Counted from the stretch's first letter, positions 47,501 to 62,500 are shown. The stretch is 64,000 nucleotides of DNA from Eledone cirrhosa (GCA_964016885.1 OZ024741.1:806001-870000); one strand, 5' to 3'. Made by a program: numbers and translations. The notes: generated from the letters alone by a model not told the origin.

Positions 47501-50500
47501 GTTGTTATTGTTGTTGTTGATGTTATTGTTGTTGTTGGTGTTATTGTTGGTGTTGGTGTTATTGTTGTTGTTGGTGTTATTGTTGGTGTTGGTGTTATTG
47601 TTGTTGTTGGTGTTATTGTTGTTGTTGGTGTTATTGTTGGTGTTGGTGTTATTGTTGGTGTTGATGTTATTGTTGTTGTTGGTGTTATTGTTGGTGTTGG
47701 TGTTATTGTTGGTGTTATTGTTGTTGTTGGTGTTATTGTTGGTGTTGGTGTTATTGTTGTTGTTGGTGTTATTGTTGTTGTTGGTGTTATTGTTGGTGTT
47801 GGTTTTATTGTTGTTGTTGGTGTTATTGTTGGTGTTGGTGTTATTGTTGGTGTTGGTGTTATTGTTGTTGTTGGTGTTATTGTTGGTGTTGGTGTTATTG
47901 TTGGTGTTATTGTTGTTGTTGGTGTTATTGTTGGTGTTGGTGTTATTGTTGTTGTTGGTGTTATTGTTGTTGTTGGTGTTATTGTTGGTGTTGGTGTTAT
48001 TGTTGGTGTTGACGTTATTGTTGTTGTTGGTGTTATTGTTGGTGTTGGTGTTATTGTTGGTGTTGGTGTTATTGTTGTTGTTGGTGTTATTGTTGGTGTT
48101 GGTGTTATTGTTGGTGTTATTGTTGCTGTTGGTGTTATTGTTGGTGTTGGTGTTATTGTTGTTGTTGGTGTTATTGTTGTTGTTGGTGTTATTGTTGTTG
48201 TTGGTGTTATTGTTGGTGTTGGTGTTATTGTTGGTGTTGATGTTATTGTTGTTGTTGGTGTTATTGTTGGTGTTGGTGTTATTGTTGTTGTTGGTGTTAT
48301 TGTTGGCGTTGGTGTTATTGTTGGTGTTGGTGTTATTGTTGGTGTTGATGTTATTGTTGTTGTTGGTGTTATTGTTGGTGTTGATGTTATTGTTGTTGTT
48401 GGTGTTATTGGTGGTGTTGATGTTATTGTTGTTGTTGGTGTTATTGTTGGTGTTGGTGTTATTGTTGTTGTTGGTGTTATTGGTGGTGTTGAAGTTATTG
48501 TTGTTGTTGGTGTTATTGTTGGTGTTGGTGTTATTGTTGGTGTTGATGTTATTGTTGTTGTTGGTGTTATTGTTGGTGTTGATGTTATTGTTGTTGTTGG
48601 TGTTATTGTTGGTGTTGATGTTATTGTTGTTGTTGATGTTATTGTTGGTGTTGGTGTTATTGTTGTTGTTGGTGTTATTGTTGTTGTTGGTGTTATTGTT
48701 GGTGTTGATGTTATTGTTGTTGTTGGTGTTATTGGTGGTGTTGATGTTATTGTTGTTGTTGGTGTTATTTTTGTTGTTGGTGTTATTGTTGGTGTTGGTG
48801 TTATTGTTGGTGTTGGTGTTATTGTTGTTGTTGATGTTATTGTTGTTGTTGGTGTTATTGTTGGTGTTGATGTTATTGTTGTTGTTGGTGTTATTGTTGG
48901 TGTTGGTGTTATTGTTGGTGTTGATGTTATTGTTGTTGTTGGTGTTATTGTTGGTGTTGATGTTATTGTTGTTGTTGATGTTATTGTTGTTGTTGGTGTT
49001 ATTGTTGGTGTTGGTGTTATTGTTGGTGTTGATGTTATTGTTGTTGTTGGTGTTATTGTTGTTGTTGGTGTTATTGTTGGTGTTGATGTTATTGTTGTTG
49101 TTGGTGTTATTGTTGGTGTTGGTGTTATTGTTGTTGTTGATGTTATTGTTGGTGTTGGTGTTATTGTTGTTGTTGGTGTTATTGTTGTTGTAGGTGTTAT
49201 TGTTGGTGTTGATGTTATTGTTGTTGTTGGTGTTATTGTTGGTGTTGATGATATTGTTGTTGTTGATGTTATTGTTGTTGTTGGTGTTATTGTTGGTGTT
49301 ATTGTTGGTGTTGGTGTTATTGTTGGTGTTGGTGTTATTGTTGTTGTTGGTGTTATTGTTGTTGTTGGTGTTATTGTTGGTGTTGGTGTTATTGTTGGTG
49401 TTGGTGTTATTGTTGTTGTTGGTGTTATTGTTGTTGTTGGTGTTATTGTTGGTGTTGGTGTTATTGTTGTTGTTGATGTTATTGTTGTTGTTGGTGTTAT
49501 TGTTGGTGTTGGTGTTATTGTTGTTGTTGATGTTATTGTTGTTGTTGGTGTTATTGTTGGTGTTGGTGTTATTGTTGTTGTTGGTGTTATTTTTGTTGTT
49601 GGTGTTATTGTTGGTGTTGATGTTATTGTTGTTGTTGGTGTTATTGTTGGTGTTGATGTTATTGTTGTTGTCGATGTTATTGTTGTTGTTGGTGTTATTG
49701 TTGGTATTGGTTGTATTGTTGGTGTTGGTGTTATTGTTGGTGTTGGTGTTATTGTTGGTGTTATTGTTGTTGTTGGTGTTGTTGTTGGTGTTATTGTTGT
49801 TGTTGGTGTTATTGTTGTTGTTGGTGTTATTGTTGTTGTTGGTGTTATTGTTGGTGTTATTATTGTTGTTGGTGTTATTGTTGGTGTTGGTGTTATTGGT
49901 GTTGTTGGTGTTATTGTTGGTGTTGGTGTTATTGCTGTTGTTGATGTTATTGTTGTTGTTGGTGTTAGTGTTGTTGTTGGTGTTATTGTTGTTGTTGGTG
50001 TTATTGTTGGTGTTGGTGTTATTGGTGTTGTTGGTGTTATTGTTGGTGTTGGTGTTATTGTTGTTGTTGGTGTTATTGTTGGTGTTGGTGTTATTGTTGT
50101 TGTTGGTGTTATTGTTGTTGTTGGTGTTATTGTTGTTGTTGGTGTTATTGTTGGTGTTGGTGTTATTGTTGGTGTTATTGTTGTTGTTGGTGTTATTGTT
50201 GGTGTTGGTGTTATTGTTGGTGTTATTGTTGTTGTTGGTGTTATTGTTGTTGTTGGTGTTATTGTTGGTGTTATTGTTGTTGTTGGTGTTATTGTTGTTG
50301 TTGGTGTTATTGTTGGTGTTATTGTTGTTGTTGGTGTTATTGTTGTTGTTGATATTATTGTTGTTGTTGGTGTTATTGTTGGTGTTGGTGTTATTGTTAT
50401 TATTGGTGTTATTGTTGGTGTTGGTGTTATTGTTGGTGTTATTGTTGTTGTTGGTGTTATTGTTGTTGTTGGTGTTATTGTTGGTGTTATTGTTGTTGTT

Positions 50501-53500
50501 GGTGTTATTGTTGTTGTTGGTGTTATTGTGGTTGTTGGTGTTATTGTTGTTGTTGTTGTTATTGTTGTTCTTGGTGTTATTGTTGTTGTTGGTGTTATTG
50601 TTGTTGTTGGTGTTATTGTTGTTGTTGGTGTTATTGTTGTTGTTGGTGTTATTGTGGTTGTTGGTGTTATTGTTGTTGTTGGTGTTATTGTTGTTGTTTG
50701 TGTTATTGTTGTTGTTGGTGTTATTGTTGTTGCTGGTGTTATTGTTGTTGTTGGTGTTATTGTGGTTGTTGGTGTTATTGTTGTTGTTGGTGTTATTGTT
50801 GGTGTTATTGTTGTTGTTGGTGTTATTGTTGTTGTTGGTGTTATTGTTGGTGTTGATGTTATTGTTGTTGTTGGTGTTATTGTTGGTGTTGATGTTATTG
50901 TTGTTGTTGATGTTATTGTTGGTGTTGGTGTTATTGTTGTTGTTGGTGTTATTGTTGTTGTTGGTGTTATTGTTGGTGTTGATGTTATTGCTGTTGTTGG
51001 TGTTATTGGTGGTGTTGATGTTATTGTTGTTGTTGGTGTTATTTTTGTTGTTGGTGTTATTGTTGGTGTTGGTGTTATTGTTGGTGTTGGTGTTATTGTT
51101 GTTGTTGATGTTATTGTTGTTGTTGGTGTTATTGTTGGTGTTGATGTTATTGTTGTTGTTGGTGTTATTGTTGGTGTTGGTGTTATTGTTGGTGTTGATG
51201 TTATTGTTGTTGTTGGTGTTATTGTTGGTGTTGATGTTATTGTTGTTGTTGATGTTATTGTTGTTGTTGGTGTTATTGTTGGTGTTGGTGTTATTGTTGG
51301 TGTTGATGTTATTGTTGTTGTTGGTGTTATTGTTGTTGTTGGTGTTATTGTTGGTGTTGATGTTATTGTTGTTGTTGGTGTTATTGTTGGTGTTGGTGTT
51401 ATTGTTGTTGTTGATGTTATTGTTGGTGTTGGTGTTATAGTTGTTGTTGGTGTTATTGTTGTTGTAGGTGTTATTGTTGGTGTTGATGTTATTGTTGTTG
51501 TTGGTGTTATTGTTGGTGTTGATGATATTGTTGTTGTTGATGTTATTGTTGTTGTTGGTGTTATTGTTGGTGTTATTGTTGGTGTTGGTGTTATTGTTGG
51601 TGTTGGTGTTATTGTTGTTGTTGGTGTTATTGTTGTTGTTGGTGTTATTGTTGGTGTTGGTGTTATTGTTGGTGTTGGTGTTATTGTTGTTGTTGGTGTT
51701 ATTGTTGTTGTTGGTGTTATTGTTGGTGTTGGTGTTATTGTTGTTGTTGATGTTATTGTTGTTGTTGGTGTTATTGTTGGTGTTGGTGTTATTGTTGTTG
51801 TTGATGTTATTGTTGTTGTTGGTGTTATTGTTGGTGTTGGTGTTATTGTTGTTGTTGGTGTTATTTTTGTTGTTGGTGTTATTGTTGGTGTTGATGTTAT
51901 TGTTGTTGTTGGTGTTATTGTTGGTGTTGATGTTATTGTTGTTGTCGATGTTATTGTTGTTGTTGGTGTTATTGTTGGTATTGGTTGTATTGTTGGTGTT
52001 GGTGTTATTGTTGGTGTTGGTGTTATTGTTGTTGTTGGTGTTATTGTTGTTGTTGGTGTTATTGTTGGTGTTGGTGTTATTGTTGTTGTTGATGTTATTG
52101 TTGTTGTTGGTGTTATTGTTGGTGTTATTGTTGGTGTTGGTGTTATTGTTGTTGTTGATGTTATTGTTGTTGTTGGTGTTATTGTTGGTGTTGGTGTTAT
52201 TGTTGTTGTTGATGTTATTGTTGTTGTTGGTGTTATTGTTGGTGTTGGTGTTATTGTTGTTGTTGGTGTTATTGTTGTTGTTGGTGTTATTGTTGGTGTT
52301 GGTGTTATTGTTGTTGTTGGTGTTATTGTTGGTGTTGGTGTTATTGTTGGTGTTGGTGTTATTGTTGGTGTTATTGTTGTTGTTGGTGTTGTTGTTGGTG
52401 TTATTGTTGTTGTTGGTGTTATTGTTGTTGTTGGTGTTATTGTTGTTGTTGGTGTTATTGTTGGTGTTATTATTGTTGTTGGTGTTATTGTTGGTGTTGG
52501 TGTTATTGGTGTTGTTGGTGTTATTGTTGGTGTTGGTGTTATTGCTGTTGTTGATGTTATTGTTGTTGTTGGTGTTAGTGTTGTTGTTGGTGTTATTGTT
52601 GTTGTTGGTGTTATTGTTGGTGTTGGTGTTATTGGTGTTGTTGGTGTTATTGTTGGTGTTGGTGTTATTGTTGTTGTTGGTGTTATTGTTGGTGTTGGTG
52701 TTATTGTTGTTGTTGGTGTTATTGTTGTTGTTGGTGTTATTGTTGTTGTTGGTGTTATTGTTGGTGTTGGTGTTATTGTTGGTGTTATTGTTGTTGTTGG
52801 TGTTATTGTTGGTGTTGGTGTTATTGTTGGTGTTATTGTTGTTGTTGGTGTTATTGTTGTTGTTGGTGTTATTGTTGGTGTTATTGTTGTTGTTGGTGTT
52901 ATTGTTGTTGTTGGTGTTATTGTTGGTGTTATTGTTGTTGTTGGTGTTATTGTTGTTGTGGATATTATTGTTGTTGTTGGTGTTATTGTTGGTGTTGGTG
53001 TTATTGTTATTGTTGGTGTTATTGTTGGTGTTGGTGTTATTGTTGGTGTTATTGTTGTTGTTGGTGTTATTGTTGTTGTTGGTGTTATTGTTGGTGTTAT
53101 TGTTGTTGTTGGTGTTATTGTTGTTGTTGGTGTTATTGTGGTTGTTGGTGTTATTGTTGTTGTTGTTGTTATTGTTGTTCTTGGTGTTATTGTTGTTGTT
53201 GGTGTTATTGTTGTTGTTGGTGTTATTGTTGTTGTTGGTGTTATTGTTGTTGTTGGTGTTATTGTGGTTGTTGGTGTTATTGTTGTTTTTTGTGTTATTG
53301 TTGTTGTTGGTGTTATTGTTGTTGCTGGTGTTATTGTTGTTGTTGGTGTTATTGTGGTTGTTGGTGTTATTGTTGTTGTTGGTGTTATTGTTGGTGTTAT
53401 TGTTGTTGTTGGTGTTATTGTTGTTGTTGGTGTTATTGTTGGTGTTGGTGTTATTGTTGTTGTTGGTGTTATTGTTGGTGTTGGTGTTGTTGTTGATGTT

Positions 53501-56500
53501 ATTGTTGTTGTTGGTGTTATTGTTGGTGTTATTGTTGTTGTTGGTGTTATTGTTGTTGTTGATGTTATTGTTGTTGTTGGTGTTATTGTTGGTGTTATTG
53601 TTGGTGCTGGTGTTATTGTTGTTGTTGATGTTATTGTTGTTGTTGGTGTTATTGTTGGTGTTGGTGTTATTGTTGTTGTTGATGTTATTGTTGTTGTTGG
53701 TGTTATTGTTGGTGTTGGTGTTATTGTTATTGTTGGTGTTATTGTTGGTGTTGGTGTTATTGTTGGTGTTATTGTTGTTGTTGGTGTTATTGTTGTTGTT
53801 CGTGTTATTGTTGGTGTTATTGTTGTTGTTGGTGTTATTGTTGTTGTTGGTGTTATTGTTGGTGTTATTGTTGTTGTTGGTGTTATTGTTGTTGTTGATA
53901 TTATTGTTGTTGTTGGTGTTATTGTTGGTGTTGGTGTTATTGTTATTGTTGGTGTTATTGTTGGTGTTGGTGTTATTGTTGGTGTTATTGTTGTTGTTGG
54001 TGTTATTGTTGTTGTTGGTGTTATTGTTGGTGTTATTGTTGTTGTTGGTGTTATTGTTGTTGTTGGTGTTATTGTGGTTGTTGGTGTTATTGTTGTTGTT
54101 GTTGTTATTGTTGTTCTTGGTGTTATTGTTGTTGTTGGTGTTATTGTTGTTGTTGGTGTTATTGTTGTTGTTGGTGTTATTGTGGTTGTTGGTGTTATTG
54201 TTGTTGTTGGTGTTATTGTTGTTGTTGGTGTTATTGTTGTTGCTGGTGTTATTGTTGTTGTTGGTGTTATTGTGGTTGTTGGTGTTATTGTTGTTGTTGG
54301 TGTTATTGTTGGTGTTATTGTTGTTGTTGGTGTTATTGTTGTTGTTGGTGTTATTGTTGGTGTTGGTGTTATTGTTGTTGTTGGTGTTATTGTTGGTGTT
54401 GGTGTTGTTGTTGATGTTATTGTTGTTGTTGGTGTTATTGTTGGTGTTATTGTTGTTGTTGGTGTTATTGTTGTTGTTGGTGTTATTGTTGGTGTTGGTG
54501 TTATTGTTGTTGTTGGTGATATTGTTGGTGTTGGTGTTGTTGTTGATGTTATTGTTGTTGTTGATGTTATTGTTGTTGTTGATGTTATTGTTGTTGTTGA
54601 TGTTATTGTTGTTGTTGGTGTTATTGTTGGTGTTGGTGTTATTGTTGTTGTTGGTGTTATTGTTGTTGTTGGTGTTATTGTTGGTGTTGGTGTTATTGTT
54701 GTTGTTGGTGTTATTGTTGTTGTTGGTGTTATTGTTGGTGTTGGTGTTATTGTTGTTGTTGGTGTTATTGTTGTTGTTGGTGTTATCGTTGTTGTTGTTA
54801 CTGTTGTTGTTGATGTTATTGTTGTTGTTGGTGTTATTGTTGGTGTTGGTGTTATTGTTGTTGTTGGTGTTATTGTTGGTGTTGGTGTTATTGTTGGTGT
54901 TGGTGTTATTGTTGTTGTTGGTGTTATTGTTGGTGTTATTGTTGGTGTTGGTGTTATTGTTGGTGTTGGTGTTATTGTTGTTGTTGGTGTTATTGTTGTT
55001 GTTGATGTTATTGTTGGTGTTGGTGTTATTGTTGTTGTTGGTGTTATTGTTGTTGTTGGTGTTATTGTTGGTGTTGATGTTATTGTTGTTGTTGGTGTTA
55101 TTGTTGGTGTTGATGTTATTGTTGTTGTTGATGTTATTGTTGTTGTTGGTGTTATTGTTGGTGTTATTGTTGGTGTTGGTGTTATTGTTGGTGTTGGTGT
55201 TATTGTTGTTGTTGGTGTTATTGTTGGTGTTGGTGTTATTGTTGTTGTTGATGTTATTGTTGTTGTTGGTGTTATTGTTGGTGTTGGTGTTATTGTTGTT
55301 GTTGATGTTATTGTTGTTGTTGGTGTTATTGTTGGTGTTGGTGTTATTGTTGTTGTTGATGTTATTGTTGTTGTTGGTGTTATTGTTGGTGTTGGTGTTA
55401 TTGTTGTTGTTGATGTTATTGTTGTTGTTGGTGTTATTGTTGGTGTTGGTGTTATTGTTGTTGTTGGTGTTATTGTTGTTGTTGGTGTTATTGTTGGTGT
55501 TGATGTTATTGTTGTTGTTGGTGTTATTGTTGGTGTTGATGTTATTGTTGTTGTTGATGTTATTGTTGTTGTTGGTGTTATTGTTGGTGTTGGTGTTATT
55601 GTTGGTGTTGGTGTTATTGTTGGTGTTGGTGTTATTGTTGTTGTTGGTGTTATTGTTGTTGTTGGTGTTATTGTTGGTGTTGGTGTTATTGTTGTTGTTG
55701 ATGTTATTGTTGTTGTTGGTGTTATTGTTGGTGTTATTTTTGGTGTTGGTGTTATTGTTGTTGTTGATGTTATTGTTGTTGTTGGTGTTATTGTTGGTGT
55801 TGGTGTTATTGTTGTTGTTGGTGTTATTGTTGTTGTTGGTGTTATTGTTGGTGTTGGTGTTATTGTTGGTGTTGGTGTTATTGTTGGTGTTATTGTTGTT
55901 GTTGGTGTTATTGTTGGTGTTGGTGTTATTGTTGGTGTTATTGTTGTTGTTGGTGTTATTGTTGTTGTTGGTGTTATTGTTGTTGTTGGTGTTATTGTTG
56001 GTGTTATTATTGTTGTTGGTGTTATTGTTGTTGTTGGTGTTATTGTTGGTGTTGGTGTTATTGTTGGTGTTGGTGTTATTGTTGGTGTTGATGTTATTGT
56101 TGTTGATGGTGTTATTGTTGGTGTTATTGTTGTTGTTGGTGTTATTGTTGTTGTTGGTGTTATTGTTGTTATTGGTGTTATTGTTGTTGTTGGTGTTATT
56201 GTTGGTGTTGGTGTTATTGTTGTTGTTGATGTTATTAGAGGTGTTGGTGTTGTTGTTGATGTTATTGTTGTTGTTGTTGTTATTGTTGTTGTTGGTGTTA
56301 TTGTTGGTGTTGGTGTTATTGTTGGTGTTGGTGTTATTGTTGTTGTTGGTGTTATTGTTGGTGTTGGTGTTATTGTTGGTGTTGGTGTTATTGTTGTTGT
56401 TGGTGTTATTGTTGGTGTTATTGTTGTTGTTGATGTTATTGTTGTTGTTGATGTTATTGTTGTTGTTGGTGTTATTGTTGTTGTTGGTGTTATTGTTGTT

Positions 56501-59500
56501 GTTGGTGTTATTGTTGGTGTTGGTGTTATTGTTGGTGTTGGTGTTATTGTTGTTGTTGATGTTATTGTTGTTGTTGGTGTTATTGTTGTTGTTGGTGTTA
56601 TTGTTGTTGTTGGTGTTATTGTTGTTGTTAGTGTTATTGTTGTTGTTGATGTTATTGTTGTTGTTGGTGTTATTGTTGGTGTTGGTGTTATTGTTGTTGT
56701 TGACGTTATTGTTGTTGTTGGTGTTATTGTTGGTGTTGGTGTTATTGTTGTTGTTGATGTTATTGTTGTTGTTGGTGTTATTGTTGGTGTTATTGTTGGT
56801 GTTGGTGTTATTGTTGGTGTTGGTGTTATTGTTGTTGTTGGTGTTATTGTTGGTGTTGGTGTTATTGTTGGTGTTATTGTTGGTGTTATTGTTGGTGTTA
56901 TTGTTGGTGTTGGTGTTATTGTTGTTGTTGATGTTATTGTTGTTGTTGGTGTTATTGTTGGTGTTGGTGTTATTGTTATTGCTGGTGTTATTGTTGGTGT
57001 TGGTGTTATTGTTGGTGTTATTGTTGTTGTTGGTGTTATTGTTGTTGTTGGTGTTATTGTTGGTGTTATTGTTGTTGTTGGTGTTATTGTTGTTGTTGGT
57101 GTTATTGTTGGTGTTATTGTTGTTGTTGGTGTTATTGTTGTTGTTGATATTATTGTTGTTGTTGGTGTTATTGTTGGTGTTGGTGTTATTGTTATTGTTG
57201 GTGTTATTGTTGGTGTTGGTGTTATTGTTGGTGTTATTGTTGTTGTTGGTGTTATTGTTGTTGTTGGTGTTATTGTTGGTGTTATTGTTGTTGTTGGTGT
57301 TATTGTTGTTGTTGGTGTTATTGTGGTTGTTGGTGTTATTGTTGTTGTTGTTGTTATTGTTGTTCTTGGTGTTATTGTTGTTGTTGGTGTTATTGTTGTT
57401 GTTGGTGTTATTGTTGTTGTTGGTGTTATTGTTGTTGTTGGTGTTATTGTGGTTGTTGGTGTTATTGTTGTTGTTGGTGTTATTGTTGTTGTTGGTGTTA
57501 TTGTTGTTGCTGGTGTTATTGTTGTTGTTGGTGTTATTGTGGTTGTTGGTGTTATTGTTGTTGTTGGTGTTATTGTTGGTGTTATTGTTGTTGTTGGTGT
57601 TATTGTTGTTGTTGGTGTTATTGTTGGTGTTGGTGTTATTATTGTTGTTGGTGTTATTGTTGGTGTTGGTGTTGTTGTTGATGTTATTGTTGTTGTTGGT
57701 GTTATTGTTGGTGTTATTGTTGTTGTTGGTGTTATTGTTGTGGTTGGTGTTATTGTTGGTGTTGGTGTTATTGTTGTTGTTGGTGATATTGTTGGTGTTG
57801 GTGTTGTTGTTGATGTTATTGTTGTTGTTGATGTTATTGTTGTTGTTGATGTTATTGTTGTTGTTGATGTTATTGTTGTTGTTGGTGTTATTGTAGGTGT
57901 TGGTGTTATTGTTGGTGTTGTTGTTATTGTTGTTGTTGGTGTTATTGTTGTTGTTGGTGTTATTGTTGTTGTTGGTGTTATTGTTGTTGTTATTGTTGTT
58001 GTTGATGTTATTGTTGTTGTTGGTGTTATTGTTGGTGTTGGTGTTATTGTTGTTGTTGGTGTTATTGTTGGTGTTGGTGTTATTGTTGTTGTTGGTGTTA
58101 TTGTTGTTGTTGGTGTTATTGTTGGTGTTGGTGTTATTGTTGGTGTTGATGTTATTGTTGTTGTTGGTGTTATTGTTGGTGTTGGTGTTATTGTTGGTGT
58201 TATTGTTGTTGTTGGTGTTATTGTTGGTGTTGGTGTTATTGTTGTTGTTGGTGTTATTGTTGTTGTTGGTGTTATTGTTGGTGTTGGTTTTATTGTTGTT
58301 GTTGGTGTTATTGTTGGTGTTGGTGTTATTGTTGGTGTTGGTGTTATTGTTGTTGTTGGTGTTATTGTTGGTGTTGGTGTTATTGTTGGTGTTATTGTTG
58401 TTGTTGGTGTTATTGTTGGTGTTGGTGTTATTGTTGTTGTTGGTGTTATTGTTGTTGTTGGTGTTATTGTTGGTGTTGGTGTTATTGTTGGTGTTGACGT
58501 TATTGTTGTTGTTGGTGTTATTGTTGGTGTTGGTGTTATTGTTGGTGTTGGTGTTATTGTTGTTGTTGGTGTTATTGTTGGTGTTGGTGTTATTGTTGGT
58601 GTTATTGTTGCTGTTGGTGTTATTGTTGGTGTTGGTGTTATTGTTGTTGTTGGTGTTATTGTTGTTGTTGGTGTTATTGTTGTTGTTGGTGTTATTGTTG
58701 GTGTTGGTGTTATTGTTGGTGTTGATGTTATTGTTGTTGTTGGTGTTATTGTTGGTGTTGGTGTTATTGTTGTTGTTGGTGTTATTGTTGGCGTTGGTGT
58801 TATTGTTGGTGTTGGTGTTATTGTTGGTGTTGATGTTATTGTTGTTGTTGGTGTTATTGTTGGTGTTGATGTTATTGTTGTTGTTGGTGTTATTGGTGGT
58901 GTTGATGTTATTGTTGTTGTTGGTGTTATTGTTGGTGTTGGTGTTATTGTTGTTGTTGGTGTTATTGGTGGTGTTGATGTTATTGTTGTTGTTGGTGTTA
59001 TTGTTGGTGTTGGTGTTATTGTTGGTGTTGATGTTATTGTTGTTGTTGGTGTTATTGTTGGTGTTGATGTTATTGTTGTTGTTGGTGTTATTGTTGGTGT
59101 TGATGTTATTGTTGTTGTTGATGTTATTGTTGGTGTTGGTGTTATTGTTGTTGTTGGTGTTATTGTTGTTGTTGGTGTTATTGTTGGTGTTGATGTTATT
59201 GTTGTTGTTGGTGTTATTGGTGGTGTTGATGTTATTGTTGTTGTTGGTGTTATTTTTGTTGTTGGTGTTATTGTTGGTGTTGGTGTTATTGTTGGTGTTG
59301 GTGTTATTGTTGTTGTTGATGTTATTGTTGTTGTTGGTGTTATTGTTGGTGTTGATGTTATTGTTGTTGTTGGTGTTATTGTTGGTGTTGGTGTTATTGT
59401 TGGTGTTGATGTTATTGTTGTTGTTGGTGTTATTGTTGGTGTTGATGTTATTGTTGTTGTTGATGTTATTGTTGTTGTTGGTGTTATTGTTGGTGTTGGT

Positions 59501-62500
59501 GTTATTGTTGGTGTTGATGTTATTGTTGTTGTTGGTGTTATTGTTGTTGTTGGTGTTATTGTTGGTGTTGATGTTATTGTTGTTGTTGGTGTTATTGTTG
59601 GTGTTGGTGTTATTGTTGTTGTTGATGTTATTGTTGGTGTTGGTGTTATTGTTGTTGTTGGTGTTATTGTTGTTGTAGGTGTTATTGTTGGTGTTGATGT
59701 TATTGTTGTTGTTGGTGTTATTGTTGGTGTTGATGATATTGTTGTTGTTGATGTTATTGTTGTTGTTGGTGTTATTGTTGGTGTTATTGTTGGTGTTGGT
59801 GTTATTGTTGGTGTTGGTGTTATTGTTGTTGTTGGTGTTATTGTTGTTGTTGGTGTTATTGTTGGTGTTGGTGTTATTGTTGGTGTTGGTGTTATTGTTG
59901 TTGTTGGTGTTATTGTTGTTGTTGGTGTTATTGTTGGTGTTGGTGTTATTGTTGTTGTTGATGTTATTGTTGTTGTTGGTGTTATTGTTGGTGTTGGTGT
60001 TATTGTTGTTGTTGATGTTATTGTTGTTGTTGGTGTTATTGTTGGTGTTGGTGTTATTGTTGTTGTTGGTGTTATTTTTGTTGTTGGTGTTATTGTTGGT
60101 GTTGATGTTATTGTTGTTGTTGGTGTTATTGTTGGTGTTGATGTTATTGTTGTTGTCGATGTTATTGTTGTTGTTGGTGTTATTGTTGGTATTGGTTGTA
60201 TTGTTGGTGTTGGTGTTATTGTTGGTGTTGGTGTTATTGTTGTTGTTGGTGTTATTGTTGTTGTTGGTGTTATTGTTGGTGTTGGTGTTATTGTTGTTGT
60301 TGATGTTATTGTTGTTGTTGGTGTTATTGTTGGTGTTATTGTTGGTGTTGGTGTTATTGTTGTTGTTGATGTTATTGTTGTTGTTGGTGTTATTGTTGGT
60401 GTTGGTGTTATTGTTGTTGTTGATGTTATTGTTGTTGTTGGTGTTATTGTTGGTGTTGGTGTTATTGTTGTTGTTGGTGTTATTGTTGTTGTTGGTGTTA
60501 TTGTTGGTGTTGGTGTTATTGTTGTTGTTGGTGTTATTGTTGGTGTTGGTGTTATTGTTGGTGTTGGTGTTATTGTTGGTGTTATTGTTGTTGTTGGTGT
60601 TGTTGTTGGAGTTATTGTTGTTGTTGGTGTTATTGTTGTTGTTGGTGTTATTGTTGTTGTTGGTGTTATTGTTGGTGTTATTATTGTTGTTGGTGTTATT
60701 GTTGGTGTTGGTGTTATTGGTGTTGTTGGTGTTATTGTTGGTGTTGGTGTTATTGCTGTTGTTGATGTTATTGTTGTTGTTGGTGTTAGTGTTGTTGTTG
60801 GTGTTATTGTTGTTGTTGGTGTTATTGTTGGTGTTGGTGTTATTGGTGTTGTTGGTGTTATTGTTGGTGTTGGTGTTATTGTTGTTGTTGGTGTTATTGT
60901 TGGTGTTGGTGTTATTGTTGTTGTTGGTGTTATTGTTGTTGTTGGTGTTATTGTTGTTGTTGGTGTTATTGTTGGTGTTGGTGTTATTGTTGGTGTTATT
61001 GTTGTTGTTGGTGTTATTGTTGGTGTTGGTGTTATTGTTGGTGTTATTGTTGTTGTTGCTGTTATTGTTGTTGTTGGTGTTATTGTTGTTGTTGGTGTTA
61101 TTGTTGTTGTTGGTGTTATTGTTGGTGTTATTATTGTTGTTGATGTTATTGTTGTTGTTGATGTTATTGTTGTCGTTGGTGTTATTGTTGTTGTTGGTGT
61201 TATTGTTGTTGTAGGTGTTATTGTTGGTGTTGGTGTTATTGTTGGTGTTGGTGTTATTGTTGGTGTTGGTGTTATTGTTGTTGTTGGTGTTATTGTTGTT
61301 GTTGGTGTTATTGTTGTTGTTGGTGTTATTGTTGGTGTTGGTGTTATTGTTGGTGTTGGTGTTATTATTGTTGTAGGTGTTATTGTTGTTGTTGGTGTTA
61401 TTGTTGGTGTTATTGTTGTTGTTGGTGTTATTGTTGTTGTTGATGTTATTGTTGTTGTTGATGTTATTGTTGTTGTTGGTGTTATTGTTGTTGTTGGTGT
61501 TATTGTTGTTGTTGGTGTTATTGTTGGTGTTGATGTTATTGTTGTTGTTGGTGTTATTGTTGGTGTTGGTGTTATTGTTGGTGTTGATGTTATTGTTGTT
61601 GTTGGTGTTATTGTTGGTGTTGATGTTATTGTTGTTGTTGGTGTTATTGTTGGTGTTGGTGTTATTGTTGGTGTTAATGTTATTGTTGGTGTTGATGTTA
61701 TTGTTGTTGTTGGTGTTAATGTTGGTGTTGATGTTATTGTTGTTGTTGATGTTATTGTTGGTGTTGGTGTTATTGTTGGTGTTAATGTTATTGTTGTTGT
61801 TGGTGTTATTGTTGGTGTTGATGTTATTGTTGTTGTTGATGTTATTGTTGGTGTTGGTGTTATTGTTGTTGTTGGTGTTATTGTTGTTGTTGGTGTTATT
61901 GTTGTTGTTGATGTTATTGTTGTTGTTGGTGTTATTGTTGTTGTTGGTGTTATTGTTGTTGTTGGTGTTATTGTTGTTGGTGTTATTGTTGGTGTTGGTG
62001 TTATTGTTGGTGTTATTGTTGGTGTTAGTGTTATTGTTGGTGTTGGTGTTATTGTTGTTGTTGGTGTTATTGTTGTTGTTGGTGTTATTGTTGGTGTTGG
62101 TGTTATTGTTGTTGTTGGTGTTATTGTTGGTGTTGATGTTATTGTTGTTGTTGGTGTTATTGTTGGTGTTGATGTTATTGTTGTTGTTGGTGTTATTGGT
62201 GGTGTTGATGTTATTGTTGTTGTTGGTGTTATTGTTGGTGTTGGTGTTATTGTTGGTGTTGATGTTATTGTTGTTGTTGGTGTTATTGTTGGTGTTGATG
62301 TTATTGTTGTTGTTGGTGTTATTGTTGGTGTTGGTGTTATTGTTGGTGTTGATGTTATTGTTGTTGTTGGTGTTATTGTTGGTGTTGATGTTATTGTTGT
62401 TGTTGATGTTATTGTTGGTGTTGGTGTTATTGTTGTTGTTGGTGTTATTGTTGTTGTTGGTGTTATTGTTGGTGTTGATGTTATTGTTGTTGTTGGTGTT

